DNA of 49,430 nt, taken from contig JANRLX010000054.1 in NCBI GenBank assembly GCA_033762115.1, positions 1 through 49,430 on the forward strand. Reading direction: 5' to 3'. The position numbers and the translations under genes are program-made. The notes beneath the pieces are model-generated. The model was given only the letters and a program-made list of their open reading frames with translations. It was not told where the DNA came from and ran no database searches. Positions 1 to 9,704 of this stretch are shown here, piece after piece (position 1 is the first letter of the stretch; each line of letters begins with the position of its first letter). Source of the stretch: Verrucomicrobiota bacterium. Lineage in GTDB: Bacteria; Verrucomicrobiota; Verrucomicrobiia; Limisphaerales; SXQI01.

Positions 1-1
1 C

Positions 2-214
2 CTGATGGTGGCACGGCCGTTCTACACCCGCTCCCGACTTGTGAGACAGGCACTGGACATGCTGTATCAAAGACGCGCAAAACAGGTGAGCCTGGTACTG
101 AACCGGGCGCGCGCGGATGACCTGGGTGGCCATTATGGCAAGAATGGCACTGCAAGGGTGGGCCGGAACGGGAGCGCGAAACCTGCTCAAGTCAAAAGCG
201 GAGCGCGAGCATAA
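2..214 (+). CDS. 3' end of a probable Wzc/CpsD-like polysaccharide co-polymerase tyrosine kinase (partial)
   Basis: Frame is open from the window edge. 'VARPFYTRSRLVRQALDMLYQRRAKQVSLVLNRA' resembles the Wzc/CpsD kinase C-terminus, and the gene precedes a polysaccharide cluster. The usual Tyr-rich tail is weak. Confidence 0.6.
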   Translation: MMVARPFYTRSRLVRQALDMLYQRRAKQVSLVLNRARADDLGGHYGKNGTARVGRNGSAKPAQVKSGARA

Positions 215-229
215 AACGGGAGCAACCGA

Positions 230-1573
230 ATGCGAATCCATACTCTTATTTTACTCCTTCTGGCTGGAATGACGGGCTTTGTGCGGGCCGAGAAACAGGT
301 GTTTGCGCATTATATGGTCTGCTTTGCCACGTATGGGAGCAGCGTTGAGGCGTATCAAAGAGAAATTGTTGAGGCGCAGGCGGCGGGAGTGGATGGGTTT
401 GCGCTGAACGTGGGGGCCTGGAGCGGTCCGGATTGGTATTATAAAGCGCGGGTAAAATCGATTTATGACGCGGCTGAGGGATTGAACAGCGGTTTCAAAT
501 TATTTTTTTCCCTGGAACTGACGAACACTGTCGATCTGAGGGAGATCCTGTCCACTTACGGGAACCGGCCCAATTCATTGAAAAAGGAGGGGAAAACCGT
601 GGTTTCGACCTATGGACAAAATAATACGAAATGGGCGGAGGAAGTTTTTGGCCCGTTGAAGGAGCAGGGAATGGATTTCTTTTTTGTGCCTCATTTCTGG
701 CCTGATCCTGTACAGGAATTGCCGAGCTACCAGGATGGAAAAAATATCCTGAAAAAATATGGAAACCTTCTGGATGGGCTTTTCCTGTTTGGTGCCGCGG
801 GAATGCCGCATCAACTGGCCCAGTGCAATTCGAATTATGCGCGTGCCACGAGGGAGGAAGGGAAATTGTTCATGGCGGGGATCACTCCGCATTACTGGGG
901 GGCAGGGCAGGAGGGGATTGGAAGGCGCTACTTTGAATTTCATGGCGGTGAAGGATTGGAATTGCAGTGGAAAGGGATCATCCAAAGCCAGCCTGAATGG
1001 GTGGAACTGGTGACGTGGAACGACTGGAACGAAAGCACCTATTTCTGCCCTGTCGATGATCCGGGCAAATATTTTGAAAGCATCCGGAACATCAAGCGGC
1101 ACACCCATTCAGGGTATATGGAATTTTCAAAGCGGTACATCCAATGGTTCAAGACCGGTGTGGAGCCGGGAATTGTTCGGGATGAACTTTATTATTCCTA
1201 CCGGACCCATCCCAAAACGGCAGTGGTGACAAATGACAGCCCGGTCAGATGGTTCATTGGGGATGTGCAGGACACCGTTTATACGACGCTGTTGTTGACC
1301 GCCCCCGCGTCAGTGGAAATTTTTTCGGGCAGCAGTTGGACGACCAATTCGGCGGCAGCGGGGATCAGCCATTTCAGGACAGGGTTTCTGCCAGGTGAGC
1401 AACGGTTTGTGGTTCGCAGGAATGGCAGCGTGATTCTTTCCACGCAAGGCCCCCCGATCACGGCAGAGCCGGAGAAATATAATTTCTTTCCCACAACCGG
1501 CTTCGCCTTTGCGGCGCCAAAGATCAAGCCGCCGGAGAACCTGCGGATTGAACCAGGCAGCAGCCCAAACTAA
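230..1573 (+). CDS. Secreted glycoside hydrolase family 71 (endo-alpha-1,3-glucanase-like)
   Basis: Signal peptide, then KQVFAHYMV, AQAAGVDGFALN, VELVTWNDWNES and LYYSYRTHPK, all typical of GH71. Confidence 0.85.
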   Translation: MRIHTLILLLLAGMTGFVRAEKQVFAHYMVCFATYGSSVEAYQREIVEAQAAGVDGFALNVGAWSGPDWYYKARVKSIYDAAEGLNSGFKLFFSLELTNTVDLREILSTYGNRPNSLKKEGKTVVSTYGQNNTKWAEEVFGPLKEQGMDFFFVPHFWPDPVQELPSYQDGKNILKKYGNLLDGLFLFGAAGMPHQLAQCNSNYARATREEGKLFMAGITPHYWGAGQEGIGRRYFEFHGGEGLELQWKGIIQSQPEWVELVTWNDWNESTYFCPVDDPGKYFESIRNIKRHTHSGYMEFSKRYIQWFKTGVEPGIVRDELYYSYRTHPKTAVVTNDSPVRWFIGDVQDTVYTTLLLTAPASVEIFSGSSWTTNSAAAGISHFRTGFLPGEQRFVVRRNGSVILSTQGPPITAEPEKYNFFPTTGFAFAAPKIKPPENLRIEPGSSPN

Positions 1574-1600
1574 TTCATTCCTTTGATCAGCGAAGCCTCA

Positions 1601-2998
1601 ATGAAAGGGACAATAGTGAACCGCTGGGTCGCATCGACGCTGCCTGCGGGAGTGCTGTCGCTTTGGGAACGGTTTCGTGCGTCGCCTTTATGGGTGCGAC
1701 TGGCGAAGGGGGTAATGTGGTCGGTGGTGGGGGCGGTCATCTCGCGCGGGCTGGGAGTGGTGAGTTCGATCATTGTGGCCCGACTGCTGGGGATTACTGC
1801 GTTTGGAGAGTTTACGATTATTCAGAGCACGATCGGGTTGTTTGGAGTTTTTGCGGGACTGGGGTTGGGAGTGACCGCAACAAAGTACGTTGCGGAATTG
1901 CGGGACGCGGACCCTGAGCGTTGCGGGCGAATCCTTGGCCTGGCGTTGCTGGTGGCGACGATTGGCGGGGTGCTGATCGGGATTTTACTGGTTTTATTTG
2001 CGCCCTGGTTTGCGCGTGAAACCCTTGCTGCGCCACATCTGGCGCCGTTGTTGGTGACGGGAGCGGGATTGGTCCTGTTCAGTGGGTTGCAGGGGGTGTA
2101 CACGGGAGCCCTGGGAGGATTTGAAGCATTCAAAAAAAGCAGCCAGGTACAGTTTTGGGGAGCGGTGCTGGGGACGCCATTCCTGGTGGTCGGCTGCCTG
2201 GTGGCTGGTCTGGAAGGGGCGGTTTTTGGAGCTGTCCTGCAAATGGCTGTGGGTTGCGTAATTGGGCATTTGGCGATCAGCAGGGAAGCGGCTGCGAAAG
2301 GAATCAGGATCAGTTACCGGGTGAACCGTGAGGAACTCGCCGTGCTTTGGGGGTTCAGCATCCCGGCATTTTTATCGAGCATTCTGACGACCCCGGCCAA
2401 CTGGATCTGCAACACCCTGCTGGTCAATCAGGAGGGGGGGTATGAGGAGATCGCAATCCTAAGCGCAGCGGGTCAATGGAAAAATCTGCTCAGTTTTTTA
2501 CCGCTGGTTCTCACCTCTGTTTTATTGCCGATGTTATCGAATCTGTATCGTGAGGGGAAACTGCCGGAGATGACGCGGTTGCTCAGGCGAAATTTATTCC
2601 TGATGGTGGGCGCCTGTTTGCTGATGGCGCTGCCATTGATCCTGCTTTCGAATGTTGTCCTGGGATGGTACGGCGCCGGGTTCCAGAATGGGACGCTGGT
2701 TTTTGTTTTGTCGCTTGCGGGAACGGCAATTGTCGCGGCGAACAATCTTCTCTCCCGCGCTGTCCAGGCAGCGGGGCGGGCGTGGCTGGAGTTTTCATTC
2801 AGCGCAGTCTGGGCGGTGGCGCTGGTACTGAGCTGCATGGCATTGATCCCATCGACCAAAGCAACCGGCCTGGCGATCGGCCATATTGTCGCGGCTGCAC
2901 TGCTGGCGATCTGGCAATGGATGACCGTCCGCAAATTGTTTGCAGTGCCCGCTCATGGGGCAGCCGTGGAACCCACTCACGCGAAAGGGCTGGCATGA
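1601..2998 (+). CDS. wzx: Wzx-type oligosaccharide flippase (MOP family)
   Basis: Multi-TM protein with ARLLG...FGEF and 'GLGLGVTATKYVAE'. ATG at 1601 is preferred over TTG at 1583. Confidence 0.85.
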   Translation: MKGTIVNRWVASTLPAGVLSLWERFRASPLWVRLAKGVMWSVVGAVISRGLGVVSSIIVARLLGITAFGEFTIIQSTIGLFGVFAGLGLGVTATKYVAELRDADPERCGRILGLALLVATIGGVLIGILLVLFAPWFARETLAAPHLAPLLVTGAGLVLFSGLQGVYTGALGGFEAFKKSSQVQFWGAVLGTPFLVVGCLVAGLEGAVFGAVLQMAVGCVIGHLAISREAAAKGIRISYRVNREELAVLWGFSIPAFLSSILTTPANWICNTLLVNQEGGYEEIAILSAAGQWKNLLSFLPLVLTSVLLPMLSNLYREGKLPEMTRLLRRNLFLMVGACLLMALPLILLSNVVLGWYGAGFQNGTLVFVLSLAGTAIVAANNLLSRAVQAAGRAWLEFSFSAVWAVALVLSCMALIPSTKATGLAIGHIVAAALLAIWQWMTVRKLFAVPAHGAAVEPTHAKGLA

Positions 2999-3795
2999 TG
3001 TCACTCACCCCGCACTGGCAGGCCAGGCAACGGTTCAGTGGGCTGGACGATTACATGCTGTACCTTTATGACCGCATCCTGCGGCGGGTGCCCAAGCTTC
3101 CGTTGCCGCGCCGCGGTTCGATGACTGGCATTTCGTTGAAGGAGCATCTGAAACCGTTTCACATCCGGCTGGGGGCCACGGACCTGCTGGTGCTCGAAGA
3201 GATGTTCCAGAGGGGCGAATACAGCGTGGTGGGGAAGGAGATTTCGCAAGCGAAGCGGATTGTGGACCTGGGAGCAAACGTCGGTTTTTCCCTTCGTTAC
3301 TGGCATACCCTTTTCCCGGCGGCGAAGATCCTTGCGGTTGAACCGAACCCTGGAAATTGCCGGGTTTGCCAGGAAAATTTGAAAGCGGCTGGTTTTGCCG
3401 AGCAGGTCAGGCTTGTGCAGGCATGTGTGGGGGCGCATCGCCGGCAGGTGACGATGGGTGGGGATGAGGAGTGGGCGTATCGAATGATGGATGCGCAATC
3501 ACGAAGTGGAGAGCAAATGCCGGTGCTGACGCTGCTGGAATTGCTGGATGAACATTTCCCCGGTGAAAGCATCGACCTTCTGAAATGTGATATTGAAGGG
3601 GCGGAGGCGGAACTTTTTGAGCATTGTTCCCCCTGGATTTCACGAGTGAGGGCGATTGTCGTGGAACTGCACCCGCCGTACACGGCGGAAACCTTTTTCT
3701 CGCATCTGGCACAGGCGAATGCCTGTTTTGAGGTGGTCAGCCATTTCAAGGAGAAGGAATGCCCGGTGATTTTTCTTCGCGTCGCAAAGCCATGA
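2995..3795 (+). CDS. FkbM-family SAM methyltransferase
   Basis: IVDLGANVG, AVEPNP and LLKCDIEGAE motifs. ATGA overlap with the wzx stop sets the start at 2995. Confidence 0.9.
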   Translation: MMSLTPHWQARQRFSGLDDYMLYLYDRILRRVPKLPLPRRGSMTGISLKEHLKPFHIRLGATDLLVLEEMFQRGEYSVVGKEISQAKRIVDLGANVGFSLRYWHTLFPAAKILAVEPNPGNCRVCQENLKAAGFAEQVRLVQACVGAHRRQVTMGGDEEWAYRMMDAQSRSGEQMPVLTLLELLDEHFPGESIDLLKCDIEGAEAELFEHCSPWISRVRAIVVELHPPYTAETFFSHLAQANACFEVVSHFKEKECPVIFLRVAKP

Positions 3796-4787
3796 CAACC
3801 GCTCCTGCCCAATTTGAAAAAGCGCCCGGCTGGGCCGAGGCGGCGGGAGAGTGCCCTTTACGCGCTGTGGTGTTGATCACGACGCGGAACCGGGTGGCTG
3901 ACCTGAGAAAGGCGGTGCAGTCCGCGGTTTCCCAAAGCGCCCGGCCCGAGGTGCTGGTGATCGATGACGGCTCGAGTGATGGAACCGCGGAGATCATTCA
4001 AAAAGAATTTCCGGGCGTGAAGGTTCATAAAAGTCCGACTTCTTTCGGGTATATCGTCCAGCGGAACCGCGGCGCGAATTTGAGCAAGGCGGACATTCTG
4101 TTTTCGATTGATGATGACGCGGCTTTTTCCTCACCCTTTGTCGTCGAGCAGACGCTAAAGGAATTCAGCAATCCACGAATCGGGGCAGTGGCCATTCCGT
4201 TTGTGGATGTGAACCAGAGCCCTGAAGTGAAACAGGCCGCTCCTGATGCGAAACAGATTTACGCAACCTATTCATACATTGGAACGGCCCATGCGATCCG
4301 GCGGCAATTGTTTGTGGAGCTTGGCGGATACAGGGAGCATCTCATTCACCAGGGGGAGGAGGAGGATTACTGCCTGCGGATGTTGAACGAAGGATTCATC
4401 ACGCGCTGCGGGAATTCCGATCCGGTGCATCATTTTGAATCGCCCAAACGGAGCCTGGTGCGGATGGATTATTACGGGTCACGGAACAAAATTTTGTTCA
4501 CCTGGGAAAATGTTCCATTTCCGTACGTGGCAGGGCATCTGGCAGTGACCAGTTTCAAAACGGTGGTTTACACGTTGAAACCGGGACGATTCCTGACCCG
4601 TTTGCGCGCAGTCCTGGCGGGATATGCTGTGGCTTTTTTTGGGGACGCGATGCGGCAGCCGGTGTCGCCGGAGATTTACCTTTTGAGCCGGGAACTGAAA
4701 GCGAGAAAAGCAGTCCCTCTCGGTGAGATTGAACAAAAATTATCTGTAAAACAGAGCGCAGGATTAAAGAATGAAATTTATGTGTAG
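3792..4787 (+). CDS. Glycosyltransferase family 2
   Basis: ITTRNR, VIDDGSSDGT, IDDD and GEEEDY motifs. ATGA overlap at 3792. Confidence 0.9.
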   Translation: MTTAPAQFEKAPGWAEAAGECPLRAVVLITTRNRVADLRKAVQSAVSQSARPEVLVIDDGSSDGTAEIIQKEFPGVKVHKSPTSFGYIVQRNRGANLSKADILFSIDDDAAFSSPFVVEQTLKEFSNPRIGAVAIPFVDVNQSPEVKQAAPDAKQIYATYSYIGTAHAIRRQLFVELGGYREHLIHQGEEEDYCLRMLNEGFITRCGNSDPVHHFESPKRSLVRMDYYGSRNKILFTWENVPFPYVAGHLAVTSFKTVVYTLKPGRFLTRLRAVLAGYAVAFFGDAMRQPVSPEIYLLSRELKARKAVPLGEIEQKLSVKQSAGLKNEIYV

Positions 4788-6186
4788 AGCAGCAGTGCAA
4801 TCAGTGAGTGGAAATTTTGGTCGCACCATCACCCTGGGGATACTGATGTTCCTGACTGTGGTGATGCCGGAAACCGTTTCCGCCCAGACCAACCTTGTGG
4901 GTGAGGTGAGGATGACCAATCCGCCCTCAATCACCCCGGTGGGACCCATGATTAATCCACCGCAACTGCCGGGGCGCAGGCTGGTGCGAAGGTCAGAGCC
5001 GGTTTTCCGTTACTCGGGCGCCCGCGTGGAGCAATGGGACAATACCTATCCTCACGATCAGTTCCTGCTGGCGCGGGGGATCACCGGAAGTTTTGTCCAG
5101 ATACCATTTCATGTGGAATTTGAAACGGACGCCCAGGAGTTTGAGATTCTGACCCTCGGTACCAAAGGCTCATACCGGATCAAGGTGGACCAGGAGTACG
5201 TCAATCTTCAGCCAACAGATGGGCCGGTGGATGACGGGAACTTTTATTGGTTGCGGGTCAGTTTTGACGCGAAAAAAAGCCGATTGATTTCATTCGAATC
5301 GATTGGAATGGCGTTTGGTGGAGTGGAGATCGGGGTGACGGATTCGATCAACGCGCCTCACAAGCCACTCGGGCCGCGGTGCATCATCATGGGCGATTCA
5401 TTCACGGAGGGGCTGCTTTCCTATGCGCAACGTTTGAGTTCATTACTGAATTGGGAAGTGTGGAGTTCCGGGGTGGGAGGAACTGGCTACCTGAATTCCG
5501 GTTTGCCGGGGCGAAGTCGTTTTCGGGACCGGGTACAGTCGGACGTGATCACGAACAAACCAAACATCGTGGTGATTGCAGCCGGGATGAACGACGCTTT
5601 TTATTCACCGACTTTGTTGAAAACAGAGGCGCAGACCCTCTATGACACCATTCTGACAAATTTGCCTGGAGTTAAATTGATCGTGGTCGGGCCGTGGTGG
5701 CCACGGGGAACAGTGCCGCTCTTCGTTCTGCAATCGCGAAATGCCATTCGTGAAGCGGCCCTGAGCAGGGGATTGGATTTCATCGATCCATTGGTTGCGA
5801 CAACTTCCCAGGAAATCAATCTCGGCTGGATCACCGGGACGGGGAATGCAGGCACGCCGCAAGGGGATGGAAATGCAGATGAATATATCAGCGCTGATAC
5901 GACGCACCCGACGGACCTGGGGCATCAATATCTGGCGTTACGTTTGGCGGAGGTGCTGCGACCGATCCAGGTGATCTTTCCGCCGACGATTGAGATTCAT
6001 CAGCTGGCAGGAATTTATCTGCAAGGGAGGGTGGGGCGCAGTTATGTGATCCAATCACGCGTTAGTGAGGAAGCCGCCTGGGTGGATGGCCCGACTGTGA
6101 CGTTATCCAGCAGCCCGCAATTATGGGTGGATCCGTCCTCCACCAACCGGATGAGAAAGGCCTACCGGGCGTTGCTCCTGCCATGA
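4771..6186 (+). CDS. Secreted SGNH/GDSL esterase with C-terminal beta domain (paralog 1)
   Basis: GDSFTEG, GVGGTG, GMND and DTTHP blocks; N-terminal signal-like segment. Exact start uncertain. Confidence 0.85.
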   Translation: MKFMCRAAVQSVSGNFGRTITLGILMFLTVVMPETVSAQTNLVGEVRMTNPPSITPVGPMINPPQLPGRRLVRRSEPVFRYSGARVEQWDNTYPHDQFLLARGITGSFVQIPFHVEFETDAQEFEILTLGTKGSYRIKVDQEYVNLQPTDGPVDDGNFYWLRVSFDAKKSRLISFESIGMAFGGVEIGVTDSINAPHKPLGPRCIIMGDSFTEGLLSYAQRLSSLLNWEVWSSGVGGTGYLNSGLPGRSRFRDRVQSDVITNKPNIVVIAAGMNDAFYSPTLLKTEAQTLYDTILTNLPGVKLIVVGPWWPRGTVPLFVLQSRNAIREAALSRGLDFIDPLVATTSQEINLGWITGTGNAGTPQGDGNADEYISADTTHPTDLGHQYLALRLAEVLRPIQVIFPPTIEIHQLAGIYLQGRVGRSYVIQSRVSEEAAWVDGPTVTLSSSPQLWVDPSSTNRMRKAYRALLLP

Positions 6187-6219
6187 TTGATCAATCATTT
6201 TCAACCGCTGATTAACTGT

Positions 6220-7611
6220 ATGCGCACATCTCAAACTTTATTCATTCATCCGCTGCTCCGATACGGCTGCCTGTTTGCAATGGTATTTGCTGTCATGGGA
6301 GGGAAGCTTTCAGCTGGCCAAACAAACCTTGCCGGGGAGGTGGAAATGACCACTCCGCCACTTGTTTCACTCATCGGTCCAATGGAGAGTTTGCCAACGG
6401 TTTCAGGGCGGGAATTGGTACGATTTTCGAACAAGGCCTTTCGATTTTCGGGCGCAAAAATGCGTTCCTGGAACGATGGGTATCATACCAATCTGTTCGC
6501 CATTTCCGGCGGGATCACCGGTGCTTCGGCACAATTGCCTTTCAAGGTGGAATTTGACACTGATTCAACCGAGTTCGAGATCCTGACCCTTGGGACGGGA
6601 GGTAAATACCGGATCAAAGTTGGAAATGAATATGTCAGCCTGAACATCGCCTCCGGCCCGCCTGCTGACGGGAATTTTTACTGGGTGCGGGTCACTTTTC
6701 CCAATTCGCAGTTGAGGACCATCACGCTTGAAGCCATTGGCCTGGCCTTTGGCGGGGTGATCGTGGCAGACGGTGAACAGATCAAACGCCCGGAGCGAGA
6801 GCTTGGGCCACGCTGCATCATTCTGGGTGATTCGTTCACGGAAGGATTGGGCTCCTACGCGCAACGACTGGCAACAGTGATGAATTGGGAGGTGTGGGGC
6901 TCGGGCGTGGGTGGCACCGGTTATATCAATGCAGGGCCGGGGGGACGGGTCAAATTCGCAGACCGTGTGCAGGCGGATGTCATCGCAAATAATCCTGAAA
7001 TTGTGATTGTGGCAGGCGGGATCAATGACGCCGCATTTTCCCGGGATTCCATTTTCAACGCGGCAACAGCACTTTATGATTTACTGCTCACAAACCTGCC
7101 GAACACGCGAATTGTTGTGATTGGGCCCTGGTGGTCCCGCGGCAACCCGCCCGATTTTCTTTTGCGTGCTCGGGATGCGGTGCGTGACGCGGCGCAAAGC
7201 CGAAGCCTCCTTTTTATTGACCCGGTGGTGGGGCAGAACACTGGTTGGATCACTGGAACAGGAAACATTGCTGAACCGCAGGGGGATGGGAATGCCGATA
7301 TTTACATCAGCAGTGACTCCACTCATCCGACCGACCTTGGGCATCAGTACCTGGCGGTTCGACTTGGGGCGGAACTTCAAACATTAACCTTTGAAAATCC
7401 CGCGCCAACGATTGATGTGATATCGCTTGCCGGTGTGTTGATCCATGGACAGGTGGGGCGCACTTATACGATCCAGCAGAAGGCGCAACTGGCTTTGCCT
7501 GACTGGGGCTCGTTGACCAACCTGACACTTTCCTCGAATTCCGAACTTTGGGTGGATACCGGGTCTGAAACGAATGCCAGCACGATTTACCGCGCCGTGC
7601 TCATTCCCTGA
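6220..7611 (+). CDS. Secreted SGNH/GDSL esterase with C-terminal beta domain (paralog 2)
   Basis: GDSFTEG, GVGGTG, GIND and DSTHP blocks; colinear with paralog 1. ATG at 6220 (alternative TTG at 6187). Confidence 0.85.
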   Translation: MRTSQTLFIHPLLRYGCLFAMVFAVMGGKLSAGQTNLAGEVEMTTPPLVSLIGPMESLPTVSGRELVRFSNKAFRFSGAKMRSWNDGYHTNLFAISGGITGASAQLPFKVEFDTDSTEFEILTLGTGGKYRIKVGNEYVSLNIASGPPADGNFYWVRVTFPNSQLRTITLEAIGLAFGGVIVADGEQIKRPERELGPRCIILGDSFTEGLGSYAQRLATVMNWEVWGSGVGGTGYINAGPGGRVKFADRVQADVIANNPEIVIVAGGINDAAFSRDSIFNAATALYDLLLTNLPNTRIVVIGPWWSRGNPPDFLLRARDAVRDAAQSRSLLFIDPVVGQNTGWITGTGNIAEPQGDGNADIYISSDSTHPTDLGHQYLAVRLGAELQTLTFENPAPTIDVISLAGVLIHGQVGRTYTIQQKAQLALPDWGSLTNLTLSSNSELWVDTGSETNASTIYRAVLIP

Positions 7612-7631
7612 GGCTGTTCACAAGCATTGAA

Positions 7632-8942
7632 ATGACAGCCACGGTTCAGACCAACAACGGTCCCGGAACGGACCACTTGCTGGACATACGCGCCAAAAGC
7701 CTGCGATGGATTGTCGCCCAGGAAGGTTCGCGCCAATCATACGCGATCCCGTTCGCTTTTCATAAGCTCGGACAATTGCGTTTAATGTGCACGGATGTCT
7801 GGTGTGGCCGGGCGAGGCACATTCTCAAGCGAGGCCCGGCAGGCGCACGCGCCCTGGCAGGCCGTTATGAATCGCATCTGCTTCCGGAGCAGGTTGTGGC
7901 ATTTAACCTGCGGGGGATTGTGGACAAGGCGATCTATCATTTTCGGCGGAATCATCTGAATCCGGAGGGACATGCGGCGCAGTTCATTCGCTTTGGGAAA
8001 TGGTTTTCCAAACGGGTGACCAGACACCTCGCCCGGATCGAACTGGACCCTGCCCGCGATTGTTACTTTGGATTCAACACCAACGCGCTGGAGACAATGG
8101 AGCATTTAAAAAAGCGCGGCATCTTTACCTTGCTGGACCAGGTTGACCCGGGGAAGGTGGAGGAGGATTTGGTTTTGGAGGAATCGGCCCGCTGGCCAGG
8201 TTGGGAGAAAGCGCCGGGACGATTGCCGCAGGCTTACTGGGACCGGCTCAAGGCGGAGTGGGATCTGGCTGACGTGGTGCTGGTGAATTCGCAATGGTCC
8301 TGTGACGCATTGCTCCAGCAAGGTGTCCCGCGAAACAAAATCATCATTGTTCCGCTTGCGATTGATCTCTCGCTGGACCGCGAAACAAGGCCGGTGCATC
8401 CCTCCGGACCGTTGAAAGTATTATGGCTGGGAAGCCTCATTTTACGCAAAGGCATCCAGTATCTGGTGGAAGCGGCGCGACGCCTGGAGAACAGCAATAT
8501 CGAGTTCATTTTTGCCGGGCCGGTTGGGCTTTCCAGGGATGTGGTGCGTTCCTTTCCCTCCAACATGAAGTTGCTGGGACGGGTGACGCGTGACGAGATT
8601 CATCAGATTTATCGTTCGGCGCATGTATTCGTTTTGCCCACCTTGTCAGATGGGTTTGCCATCACTCAACTGGAGGCGATGGCCAATGGGTTGCCTGTGA
8701 TCACCACTCCAAACTGCGGACAGGTGGTGACTCACGGGGTGGATGGATTGATTGTTCCCCCGAGAGATGCGGAGGCATTGGCGGAAGCGATTGTACGACT
8801 GGACCGCGACCGTGAAGCGCTCTACCAGATGTCCTACAATTCCCTGAGCACGATCAGCCGGTATGATCTCCCGTCGAATGCGCGGATGATCAACAACTAT
8901 ATCGTCCCGTATCGTTCCAACCCAGCCTTGTACCGGGCGTGA
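7632..8942 (+). CDS. Glycosyltransferase family 4
   Basis: RKGIQYL and FVLPTLSDGFAITQLEAMANGLPVI GT-B motif. Confidence 0.9.
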   Translation: MTATVQTNNGPGTDHLLDIRAKSLRWIVAQEGSRQSYAIPFAFHKLGQLRLMCTDVWCGRARHILKRGPAGARALAGRYESHLLPEQVVAFNLRGIVDKAIYHFRRNHLNPEGHAAQFIRFGKWFSKRVTRHLARIELDPARDCYFGFNTNALETMEHLKKRGIFTLLDQVDPGKVEEDLVLEESARWPGWEKAPGRLPQAYWDRLKAEWDLADVVLVNSQWSCDALLQQGVPRNKIIIVPLAIDLSLDRETRPVHPSGPLKVLWLGSLILRKGIQYLVEAARRLENSNIEFIFAGPVGLSRDVVRSFPSNMKLLGRVTRDEIHQIYRSAHVFVLPTLSDGFAITQLEAMANGLPVITTPNCGQVVTHGVDGLIVPPRDAEALAEAIVRLDRDREALYQMSYNSLSTISRYDLPSNARMINNYIVPYRSNPALYRA

Positions 8943-8946
8943 CACA

Positions 8947-9693
8947 ATGATTGCACAATCCACATTCGGTCGCTGGCGCTCATTTTTGTATCGTCGGCTG
9001 GCTTCAATCATCACCTGCGAAATCAAGCTGCTGGGAAATCATCCGCTGGCGCTGGACAACAAATACCAGGTAAACAGCCTGCAGGATGTTTTCTGCCATC
9101 CTTATTACTGGCAGCTCTACAACTGGTTCGAGCAACCTCCCAGGTTGATCGTTGACCTGGGGGCCCATTGCGCCCATTTCAGCATGCTGGCGGAAGTCTG
9201 TTTCCGGGTGCAGTTCGGCGAAGGGGAGCGGGAATATCTGTTGGTGGAGCCAAATCCTGATTTGATTCCGGTCATTCAAAGGAATCTCGCCCGCTCCGGT
9301 CTTTGTCCGAATCATCAGCTGAAGCAGGGGCTTGTGGGAAAACGGGAAGGCACAGATTCGTTGTGGGTCTGCTCGAGCAATTATTTATCCGCGAGCCTTC
9401 AACAGGGGCCTTCGACCCGGAGTGTGTCGGCGGAGTATTTTGACCTGGAAAAACTCATTGGAAATCGGCCGGTCGATCTTTTGAAGATTGATATCGAAGG
9501 TGCGGAATATGAGCTGGTGGCCAATTATCCCAAACTTTTTGAACGGGTGGAAAAATTGATCATTGAAATCCACACCGCTCCGGACACCCAGATCAAGCAG
9601 ATGTTGTCAACCTTTGAGCGGGCAGGGTTGCAGCCTTACGGTAAAGCCCTGGAACATGCCGGTTACCAGCTGGCCATGTTTGAGCGGCGCTGA
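8947..9693 (+). CDS. FkbM-family SAM methyltransferase
   Basis: IVDLGAHCA, LVEPNP and LLKIDIEGAE motifs. Confidence 0.88.
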   Translation: MIAQSTFGRWRSFLYRRLASIITCEIKLLGNHPLALDNKYQVNSLQDVFCHPYYWQLYNWFEQPPRLIVDLGAHCAHFSMLAEVCFRVQFGEGEREYLLVEPNPDLIPVIQRNLARSGLCPNHQLKQGLVGKREGTDSLWVCSSNYLSASLQQGPSTRSVSAEYFDLEKLIGNRPVDLLKIDIEGAEYELVANYPKLFERVEKLIIEIHTAPDTQIKQMLSTFERAGLQPYGKALEHAGYQLAMFERR

Positions 9694-9704
9694 GAGGAGT
9701 TCTC

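Noticed and set aside
2665..2994. N-terminal extension of FkbM overlapping wzx (likewise ORF-track starts at 3759, 13464, 17655 and 44538)
   Set aside because: Stop/start overlaps and domain boundaries indicate later starts.
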